Shown here in pieces: positions 37,401 through 46,784 of a DNA stretch of 64,000 nucleotides. This stretch comes from Rhodosorus marinus CCMP1338. Taxonomy: Eukaryota; Plantae; Rhodophyta. How positions within the stretch are numbered: position 1 is the first letter of the stretch; the number at the start of each line of letters is the position of its first letter. The stretch is from contig JAMWBK010000005.1 in the NCBI GenBank assembly GCA_029953675.1, positions 2,294,001-2,358,000 on the forward strand, given 5' to 3'. The notes below the pieces were generated by a model that saw only the letters and a program-made list of their open reading frames with translations, ran no database searches and had not been told where the DNA came from. The position numbers and the translations under genes were made by a program.

Positions 37401-38817
37401 ATTTTTCTTTAAGCTTCAACGGTTTGACCGGAATGTTTTTGTTCCCGACTCGTGTGATGCCGTCCTTAGCATCCAAGCATATTACTGCGCAAACCTGAAA
37501 TCCTTCTGGGTAAGTAGATTTTTGGTTTTTTGGTTTGGAAAAACTAACGACCACGGGAGGCTTCCTGGGGAGGGAAAGAGAGTCAGAAGTTTGTGACTAC
37601 CAACTGGGGTCGTAGATTCGCTGACGGTTCACCGGGCGGTTGCACCACAATTGCCACTTAGCAATTGTGTTGCGGCAGAATTTAAGTAGTTGATATGGTC
37701 CAGAGCGTTGAGAGTTCTCCACGCGGGAATCGGAATTGAGTCTTAGTTCAGTCTCTTGCTAGAGTGCAGCCGAATCTGAACATCAATGCGAGGATCCAAA
37801 CGGTCTTAGCGTAAACTGAAGGACCCAAGCGTGGTCAATTGCCTTCGACGTTCGCTTTCTGGCCACGCAAGGGGATTAGCGAGAACGAATGTGGTCCTTC
37901 CTTACATTAGTGCCTAGCACGGCGCGAATTTTCGTTAGAAGTTTGAGAGTTGATTAAGACTAACACATAGGTAGCTAGTCTCTTTGCTCTCCGTCTTCCT
38001 TTTAGTTTACAGAGGAATCATTTACTAATAGTGAACAGGGTTTGGCAGGTACGGCAGAGCACAATTTCTTGATTTGACGTTGGTGGATATGGCAATTTGG
38101 CCACTGCTTTGCTGTGCGCGAACAGGGATTATCTCAAAAGCTTGTTTTCGGTTTCGGTTCAATTAATTTGCTTGTTGTAGCGGACCAACATTGGATAGGA
38201 CTGACAGTTGGCATTCCTCCTTTTGGCGCTTTAACTGGGGTTCAAAAGTAGCCATTGCCCCTATGTAGTTGGAAATCGCTGTCGGAGGGCGGCGGCCCAG
38301 GCTTGTTCGGACAAGCCATCTGCATTCCAAAAACGGCAAACACACATGAGGAGGTGACGTGTCTGCTTTGATTGATGTACTGTGCAGGCGGAGAAAAACT
38401 CATTAGAACTCCGGACGTGCTCGGGATTGTTCATCTTGTATTTGCTTTTACCCTTTTGCGTAGTAGAAACTCAAGCGGGAGGACAAATTGTCTGAGAACA
38501 TTGTTGCATGGAGAATCCTAGTTAGTATTGAATCTACTGTTCATGATCAGGGCCGACATGCAATAGTCGTTTGGACATGGAAGATACGTTCACAAGTGTT
38601 CAAAAGCGACTAGAAGCTGTTCTGCGGAAAGCTCTTGAACGAAAACAGAAGCCGGCGTGGGGGAGGTTCTCATCGCTGTAGTAAAGCGAAAACAGGATCA
38701 CACTCGATTCTCGGTTTTTGGGCGCTGCAAGTGAACATACCTTTGGTTGATTGCGGTTTCGTTAGTCCTGGGGGTACAATGCCCTCGTGATATTTGTTCA
38801 TGTTCGCTCAGCTGAAT

Positions 38818-39105
38818 CCGAAGTGTTCGAACTGAACAACCTGATGAAAGAGGGGAACGCCAAGAGGGCGGAAGATCCTATAAAACGGACTTAAGGTACC
38901 TGACCGGTGTTAGAACCGCGGCTCGGGCGCATCGTTGTCAAGTATGCGGAAAACACTTTCCTGAAGTCGTTTACGATAAGGGACCACCTGAGAATCCACA
39001 CAAATGAGCATGGGTACATATGCATCGAGGAGGGTTACGGGCGTGCCTTCAAATGGAGGTCGACTCTTTCACAACATCGGCTTAAGCATCTGTGGGGAGA
39101 ATTGC
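38818..39105 (+). pseudogene. C2H2 zinc-finger pseudogene fragment
   Basis: HRCQVCGK is in one frame and FLKSFTIRDHLRIHTNEHGYICIEEGYGRAFKWRSTLSQHRLKH in the next, giving a +1 frameshift at ~38954. The second finger has Tyr where the second Cys is expected. Confidence 0.7.
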
Positions 39106-41619
39106 AAACGCTGATTTGGGTGGGCGGGGACGAGAAATCCGCTGAGAACGTTTGACGTACGCGTCGTCTAGGCTGGATATTGATCTCGGTGACGGACGCG
39201 GTAAAATAGATGGTTGGCACAGACGTGCGATGCCATCCAGTCGCAATACTCATTTCTGGAGTTAGTTGAGATAACAAGACAACTTCTCAACTGCTTAAAA
39301 CAATTGAAAACATCTGCTCGGTATTGAAACGAACTCCGGAATGAAACTCATTCCTTCGACAACTGGGCGTTGATTAGTCAAAAAATATAAATGGAAGAGG
39401 TACCAAAGCCTTTGGCTAGCCGCCCGCTGTTCACAAGGCCTGATCGTTAATGGCAGTCAGATTGGTCATCTACTCATTCCCCATGGTTTGCCTTTGAGCT
39501 CGCAAAGCAGGCCAGGTGACGGGGCAAATATAAAACCGTTGGCAACTCCGGTTCGAAGATGTTTGGGCACGCGGGCCGCTCCAGCAGTCAACCGACCTAA
39601 CGAAGAAGCGAGGCTGCCCTAGGAAAGCTAAGCGTTTACGATGTACCAGAAACCAGTTAAATTCTACTCTCCAATGTAGCAGAGAAGCTTGACACTTGAC
39701 ATACACTGTTTTCGGAAGTTGAGACAAAGTACACACTGATCCAATCCGAATGCCCGGCTTAACTGACAATTTCATCACCAGCTGGAAGTTAAACTACAAA
39801 AAAGCCCTGTGACGAGCGCTTGTTTGCAACTTAGGTACTACCAGGAAGGTACTACTGAACGAGAAGCTTCTCCTCTGGAAAGCGATAACTAACCGTTCGT
39901 ATGCGAGCACTGTAATTGCAGAGCCGCTGGTACAAGGGATTAGAACTGAACTACCCCTCTCAACCAACGCTTCCAATTCAAGATGTCCTTCCTGCATCCA
40001 ATTTGTTCACCTCTCTGCCAACTGCTGAAGAAAGAATTCCAAATTCGGATATAGGTGAATTTTTCTCTCATGCTCCCTTGCAGGGTTTTCAGGGAAGCTC
40101 CTTTTCGCAGTGTAGTCCTCAGGGCCTACTATTGCTTAGAGTTCCCTAAAGAGCAAATCACCCGTGTCTAATTCGGTACAGAAGTTTTCGCTTTTGACTT
40201 AACAAGGTTTGTACTTGGATAAGCAAAACGCATTTGGAGCAGATTTTGATTTACCCGGCAATCCAAGCGTGGCTAATTTCTTAGAGTTGCTACAGCAGGG
40301 CTGCAGCAGACCTGAATATCCCATTCCAGCCAAAAACTGCTCGTGTTGGAATCCCTCAAAAAGTATCGCAAACGGTTTAGGCGGTAGGAACAGGTGCGGA
40401 CCCAAATTTCTTTCCGAATTCAAATCTGTTTGTGCCTTTTGGCACGACACTGACTAACATAACCTACTTAGCACCCGCTCTTCGGTCTCGCCAAGAGTCG
40501 GTGCGGTGTGATTGGGGACATGGTTACACTGTTTACCAAGCCGCGCATTGGACTGGGAACAGTTTGCGCTCCTCAGGGTAGATAGGCTCTGAACAACGTG
40601 ATCGTGGAACAAGGGTACTTCACTAGCTTCTTTGCGCAAAAAATAAAAAACTCCCACATCTATCTCAGCGTAGCGACACGGACCACAAATTATCTAAAAA
40701 GGGTGCATTACCGACGATTTTGATGAGCAACATCTGAAAAACTTCAAAAATGCAATTTGTCAGTACCTGCTCGTTTTTAGCTTGAATTGCGAGTTCCAAT
40801 TTTGAGCTGGAATTGATGAAATTTGCTTCGTATACTGTCTATCTTACACATTTTACGGATAAGAGAGTTAAATGTATTTGAAAAAAAGAAGTCGTTTCTC
40901 CTGTGCATTGTATTATACGAATATGGTTCTCTATCAGGATCCGGAGAGATGGGGGGGGAAATACTCTTGGGGGGGATGCTGATTTCCTTCGGTGAGTCTT
41001 TTCGTAAAGCTTTTTTCGTATGCCTTTTATTAAATACGCGTCGGGTGGAATTGAAATGGGCAAAACTACCCGCACGTTTCCCCAAATTTGGTAAAACCTC
41101 TTAATAGTATATTGTTCTTTATTGCAAAAGTTTAGCCCAGGTCGGGAGCTGACAGCTGACACAAAATCAACCAGCTTTTTTCTTTGGCTTTCAAAATAAA
41201 CAACCCTTATTTTCATGGAAATGATGTAACCAATGCGGGACATACAGAGAGCCCTTCGGCTCCCGCACCGACTCTGTGTTGTGGACTTGTTCAGGCGAGT
41301 TTCGAGGTTGCTTGGGGCGCAATTTGTTTTCACGATTTCGACTCGGAATTCGCTTAGGCACGAGGTTGATGACAGTAATCGGTGGTACAAACTGTGACAA
41401 GCTGATCGATTTGCATACTAGGGAAAACCAAGATTCATGCTGTGAGGAATTTTTTCATCTGTATGAGACCTCTGCTTGCGTGGCATACTCTTTATCAAAC
41501 CGCCTCTACAGACCTCAGGTCATGTATTCAAAGCATGTGGGGTCTTCAAGAAACACCTGAGGTTCGAAGAAATGCCCGAGCAACAAGCAAGGCATAGCGC
41601 TCTCTAGTTTTTCGTCAAA

Positions 41620-44600
41620 ATGATGCGTGGTGAGGTCTTTACCCGGAGACATGGGGGATCGGCTTTCCTTATTTTGCTCTCAATATGTACACTGATTTCG
41701 GGGCAAGGGATAGGACAACTTTCGATTAATTTTCAGAGTTCTAGCACAGGCAGCTGCTCTGCGGAGGTGCTCGGGGACTACGGACTACCTTATGCCGAGA
41801 AGACTAACGGATTTACTTACGGATGGCTGCAAGCATCTACACTAGAGCCCGTGGATGCTACTGCCAACGGGAGAGATAGAGGTGAGGCATCAGATGACAG
41901 CTGCTTGTTTAGAACCTTTATGCACATGCAGTACGGCGACTGCTGCTCGGATGAACCGAACGAAGGGCTACTCGAGGATATTGTATGGCGGATAGCGCTG
42001 CCGAATGGACAGTATAACGTGGATGTGCTGTGCGGTGAACCGACTAGTTTGAATTCGGTTCACGCAGTCACTGCCAACGGTATAACGATCATTGAACCGA
42101 CTGAACCCACGGCTTTGGTCCCTCAAGTTGAAGGCTCAGGACTGGTGTCGGTGTCGAATGAAGTTCTTACCCTGTCGGCGACAGGAGGCTCCAATACACT
42201 TCTCAGTCACATTTTGATTTCGACGAGTTCCGGAATGCAAGTAGGCTGCGTTCCGTTCCCGTCTGCGTTTGACGGCCAGAGCATCTCCGAGCTGGACTGC
42301 GACCAAGTGAGGGTCTCTGTTCCGTATGAGATTTCTTACGGGAGCGCGGATCAGGGCATGCTGAAGGACAGATCCGGGATGGGCACCGGTTTTACGATGG
42401 TGTTTCCGAGTTCAAAACAGTCACCGGCATATACAAGCGAGAACTTGATGGTGAAGGATAACGCTCTAGTTATTAAGAGCACTCCCGGGCGAATGAACTC
42501 CCCGCACTTCGACCACACGAATGCCCTCGGTGTGGGTCTTCCTCTACCTGACAATGACCTGAACATTACGGCACAGTTCAGATACCCAGATATCGAGAGC
42601 TCAAAGTGGGAAAGGGCATGCGTCTACTTCGGTATTAACGATCAAACTCATATAAGGCTGTGCTACATTTCAACAGGGGATGGCGGAAGGGTCTTCCTGC
42701 ACTACGTGAAAGATGATGTAAGGATTCTCAGGAGCTACAGGTGTGCTACCCTCACCGACCCGGAGAGGATCATTACCTTCAGAATAGAACTTTACTCGCT
42801 TGCAGACCAGGCCAGGTTCTTCTATCAAGTTGGCGGAGATGCTGAGGAGGTCAGCTTTAGAAACATCACCCTCGGGGCGGAGATGTTCAGCAAAGACGCC
42901 GCTGGGATAGACTTTACAGTCGGGACTAGGAGCTATGCAGGCGTTTTCGTCTCCCAGGCAATGCGAAAATACGGACAGCTTGCGTTCGAGCTGTTAAGCT
43001 TCAGAGTCACCCAGATTCCGCGGGAAAACGAGGGTGAAGGAGATGATGAACTCGAATTTGACACGTGGTATTTGGAAGGGCTGAGGAACCCCACCTCCGT
43101 TAGGTATGGGCCCGACGGGAAGCTCTACGTTGCGATGGTGGATGGGAGGATCGCCGTTGTCGAGCTAGATCATGACGCCAAAGAAGAATTGAGTCGGAGA
43201 ATCCTCCAGCCGCTCGGTAGTTGCTTGCTTCTCGGCTTGGAGTTCGATCCGGATTCCACTGCAGACAACGTTGTGTTGTGGTTAAGCCATTCCGACGCTT
43301 CACAAATCGGGGGTGCGGCGAATTCTGGAACGATAAGCAAGGTGTCTGGCCCAGACATGAGCATCATTGAGGACGTCATTATCGGCTTGCCTAGGGCATC
43401 TGCAAATCACGCCCCGAATCAGATCAGGTTTGGGCCGGACGGAAGACTGTTCATTGCTGTAGGCGGAAACACAGGGGGTGGAACCCCAAACGATCAAAAT
43501 TCAGATTTCGGATTTCGGCCGGAGCAGTGTCTGGCTGCTGCTCTGCTTGTCGCAGACGTGAAAGCTGAAGGCTTCGATGGGGACTGCACGCCAAAGCAGG
43601 ATCCAGCGCAGATGGATCTGACAGGCGTTGCGTGGGAGTGCGAGGAAGATATAGACTGCGATGTTAAAGTATACGTTACGGGCACCCGAAACCCTTACGA
43701 TTTTGAATTCTACAATGGACATATTTACATGACGGATAACGGATTGGGAGGAAAAGGAACAGCTCCGAAGTTACCAGACGACTATACTTTCGGGGACTCA
43801 TGCCATGGTCCCATTCTAGGAGACGAAATATTGGCCTTGGATCCTGGAAAGAGAGATGACCTACTCTTTGACGTGGTGGAAGGTGCTTACTACGGGCATC
43901 CAAACCCTGCGAGACGTGAATGCGTGTTTTTCGGTGGCAACCCAACGTCGGACCTCGACTATCCAATCCCAAAGTCTCCGGTTCAAGGCGGGGATCAGTA
44001 CTACATGCAGTTTGGAAAGTATCGAAGGGGTACGCAACCGGACCCAATGTTCACTTTGCCCATGATGAGCCTCGGGCGGAGTCGCTCTGCGAACGGAATC
44101 ATAGTCTACAGGTCAGATGTCTTCTGTGGCAAGCTGAAGGGTGACATATTGACAACGTTCTACTCCCAAGAGGACCAAGTTCGTCGAGTGGTACTCAACG
44201 ACGACGGGACGGAAGCTGTGCGAGATGAGACCTTGCCGTACACCACTGAAGCCACTGGCGCCGATCGGGAATTGCGAAATCCTCTTTGCATTGAGCAGGA
44301 CGGTTACGGAAACCTGTACATAGGAGAGTTCTTCGGAGCACGAGTGCGAGTTCTCGACCCTGTTGCAACGCAATGCTCGCAATCCCTCTCAAGCAGTAAT
44401 CGAAAAGCCCAAACACCACGCGGCCTAGAACACTCAGCTGCAATCGGAATAAACGCGCGTGTCCTTGCACTCGGGGGTGCTCGTGGTGGCGTCGCGACAG
44501 ATGAGGCTCATGCTTTCGACAGCTACAGAAATGAGTGGACGAGCCTCAGACTTCCGATAAAGAGATTTGCAGCTGGAGCAGTCCGCATGGGAAAACATGA

Positions 44601-45246
44601 CGTAGCGATCTTGGGCGGCATCGACGAATCAGGTTCAATTGTAGATTCATTTCACGTCCTTGGGATGGAAGATATGAAACTACGAAACTCTGACTATCGA
44701 CTACCTGCGGCTCGGGCGCATTCCTGTGTTGTTGACCTCAGCGATGAGTTCCTTCTCGTTGGTGGAATCGACCGAGACGGGGCGGCGACCTCTACCGTCT
44801 TCCAGTTCAACAAGAGAACTGGGAATTGGCGCCAAGCCTCACCCTTGGCTATTGGACGGTATGGCGCATCGGCAATTGCGATTGGCAAGGAGATCCTTGT
44901 GTGTGGGGGTATTTCTGCTCGGGGAGAAGAAACGAGGACCTGCGAGATTTTTGACGGCGCAAGCTGGAGGATGGCAGGGGAAATGAACCACGCGAGAGCC
45001 TTCGCAGGGGCTGTTTCAGTGAGCGGAAGAGCAGTCATCAAAGGCGGTCAGAGTGGAGAGTCTTGTATCTACAATACAGTCGAGGAGTATGATCTCAAGA
45101 AAAACACTTGGAAGGAGTTGAAACCACTCAACGCCGCCAGGAGTGCAGCAGCTGTTGTTCGAGCTGGTTCCAGCACCATCCTTATGGGTGGAAGAACTAA
45201 CGGAGTAGGAGCTCAAGAATTCGGCGAAATTTTGCACTACATGTAA
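41620..45246 (+). CDS. Intronless 1208-aa secreted multidomain protein: galactose-binding/malectin-like module, lectin-like module, glucose/sorbosone (PQQ-type) dehydrogenase propeller, and Kelch propeller
   Basis: Signal peptide. INFQ..GDYG..TYGW..WRIALPNGQYNV (carbohydrate-binding-like). GLRNPTSVRYGPDGKLYVA, ANHAPNQIRFGPDGRLFIAVG, TGTRNPYDF and GAYYGHPNP (GSDH-like). About six GG...W Kelch repeats from ~44420. Confidence 0.85.
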   Translation: MMRGEVFTRRHGGSAFLILLSICTLISGQGIGQLSINFQSSSTGSCSAEVLGDYGLPYAEKTNGFTYGWLQASTLEPVDATANGRDRGEASDDSCLFRTFMHMQYGDCCSDEPNEGLLEDIVWRIALPNGQYNVDVLCGEPTSLNSVHAVTANGITIIEPTEPTALVPQVEGSGLVSVSNEVLTLSATGGSNTLLSHILISTSSGMQVGCVPFPSAFDGQSISELDCDQVRVSVPYEISYGSADQGMLKDRSGMGTGFTMVFPSSKQSPAYTSENLMVKDNALVIKSTPGRMNSPHFDHTNALGVGLPLPDNDLNITAQFRYPDIESSKWERACVYFGINDQTHIRLCYISTGDGGRVFLHYVKDDVRILRSYRCATLTDPERIITFRIELYSLADQARFFYQVGGDAEEVSFRNITLGAEMFSKDAAGIDFTVGTRSYAGVFVSQAMRKYGQLAFELLSFRVTQIPRENEGEGDDELEFDTWYLEGLRNPTSVRYGPDGKLYVAMVDGRIAVVELDHDAKEELSRRILQPLGSCLLLGLEFDPDSTADNVVLWLSHSDASQIGGAANSGTISKVSGPDMSIIEDVIIGLPRASANHAPNQIRFGPDGRLFIAVGGNTGGGTPNDQNSDFGFRPEQCLAAALLVADVKAEGFDGDCTPKQDPAQMDLTGVAWECEEDIDCDVKVYVTGTRNPYDFEFYNGHIYMTDNGLGGKGTAPKLPDDYTFGDSCHGPILGDEILALDPGKRDDLLFDVVEGAYYGHPNPARRECVFFGGNPTSDLDYPIPKSPVQGGDQYYMQFGKYRRGTQPDPMFTLPMMSLGRSRSANGIIVYRSDVFCGKLKGDILTTFYSQEDQVRRVVLNDDGTEAVRDETLPYTTEATGADRELRNPLCIEQDGYGNLYIGEFFGARVRVLDPVATQCSQSLSSSNRKAQTPRGLEHSAAIGINARVLALGGARGGVATDEAHAFDSYRNEWTSLRLPIKRFAAGAVRMGKHDVAILGGIDESGSIVDSFHVLGMEDMKLRNSDYRLPAARAHSCVVDLSDEFLLVGGIDRDGAATSTVFQFNKRTGNWRQASPLAIGRYGASAIAIGKEILVCGGISARGEETRTCEIFDGASWRMAGEMNHARAFAGAVSVSGRAVIKGGQSGESCIYNTVEEYDLKKNTWKELKPLNAARSAAAVVRAGSSTILMGGRTNGVGAQEFGEILHYM

Positions 45247-45667
45247 ATGTCATTGTCCTCATGCGTTTGTTCTGGGGAGGCATTCGCGCAAGCTTTGCAG
45301 GAGTATCTGGTTGACTGTAAATAGCATGATAGCAACTGAAGAGGAATTCGGATGGAGAAGACCAATAATAAAGTTCGTGTCTTCCCTGTAAGCCATTGGA
45401 ATGCGCACATAGAATCCGTGATCCTCATGATCCAACATTGAAGCCATTTGAATATGAATGCTCGACAACATAGAATGTCAAGGATCCAAGTTTTCGAATA
45501 CGACGGTTAAGGTTCCTCTCATTGCATTAAAACCCTCATAGCTCTAGGCCGAGCTTGGTTTCTTAACAAGCAAATGTTGCTATTAACACGGCAAAAATAC
45601 CAAGGAGAGGTTGTACGCCCTTCTGATAGACTATAAATGTTGCTATTGATTGGCACGTTGGGTGGGG

Positions 45668-45747
45668 GGACAGATGGCCGAGTGGTCTAAGGCGCTGGTT
45701 TTAGGCACCAGTCCGCAAGGGCGTGGGTTCGAATCCCACTCTGTTCA
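45668..45747 (+). tRNA. trnL: tRNA-Leu(TAG)
   Basis: GGACAGATGGCCGAGTGGTCTAAGGCGCTGGTTTTAGGCACCAGTCCGCAAGGGCGTGGGTTCGAATCCCACTCTGTTCA. CTGGT/ACCAG stem around TAG and a long variable arm. Confidence 0.93.
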
Positions 45748-46784
45748 GCATTTTGCTGGTGGACGATGGTGTCATCGCAGATTGGGATTTGGTCCTTGAG
45801 CTCGTGACCTGGAGCTTTTGCTCCTTTGCAGGTGACCTCTTCATGTTTACAGGAATTGGAACTCATATATATCATGCGTGACCAAAAACATCGCCTTCAG
45901 ATATAAAGGCTTTGGTTTGGTTGAGGCACTTCCTAGTCAGCGCATGACCATGGCCCATTTCAACTTTTCAGACTCCGATTATCTGTGGATCATTGCCCTT
46001 TTCTTTGGCAGCGAACGACTAACCGCTGAAGCGTCAATTAGACTGTGCCGCTCGAGCTCCACGAACCGAGTCGGACCTGGTTTCGTACACACAATGAATC
46101 CAAGGGAACGTCTTCGATATCGCTTCATGGTGCCTCCCATAAAGGCACTTTCATGCTGTTCCGTGACATAATATTGTTACTAATAGGGTCCCCCATCATA
46201 TACGGCGATGCTTAGAGAGGGGGGTTAGCCAGTTCAGTCAAGCATCTCTAATGATTGCTGGTACGATTGTTGGCAGGTTTCACGCAGTTCCCATGGCTCA
46301 CCAGCTCACATTGTTTTACATAAACTACCAAATACGACGGTGTTGCCGGTGGGGATATGAATGCCAATTCATTTCTATTGTGGGCGCCAAAAACGATGCG
46401 ATTTTAGGTGTGTTCCCCGTTCAAAGTCCGATCCTGAATTTGACTAGAAAAAACGAAATGATGGTTGCAGCGGCACTGTATATGGCTTTGTTCGCTTTTC
46501 CCGCGGATCAGCAGAGGGATGCTACATTTTGCACGGATCCGAATCTGACTCCGCTCAATCGCAGGGGCCGGATAATTGATTGCATTACAGAGAAGGTAAG
46601 TCTATGATATTAGGACATCAAATTGCTGCTGTGCATGTTACGTTGATTGCAATCAACGGGGCAAATCGTATTGAGCACCAGTTCTTGCAGCCCATGCAGG
46701 GGTTGAGAGACGCATCGTGCTGCGCATATTTTTCGCTTTCAACCTGGTCGAGGAGTGAAGGATGGCGATGAGCTTGCAACTTAA

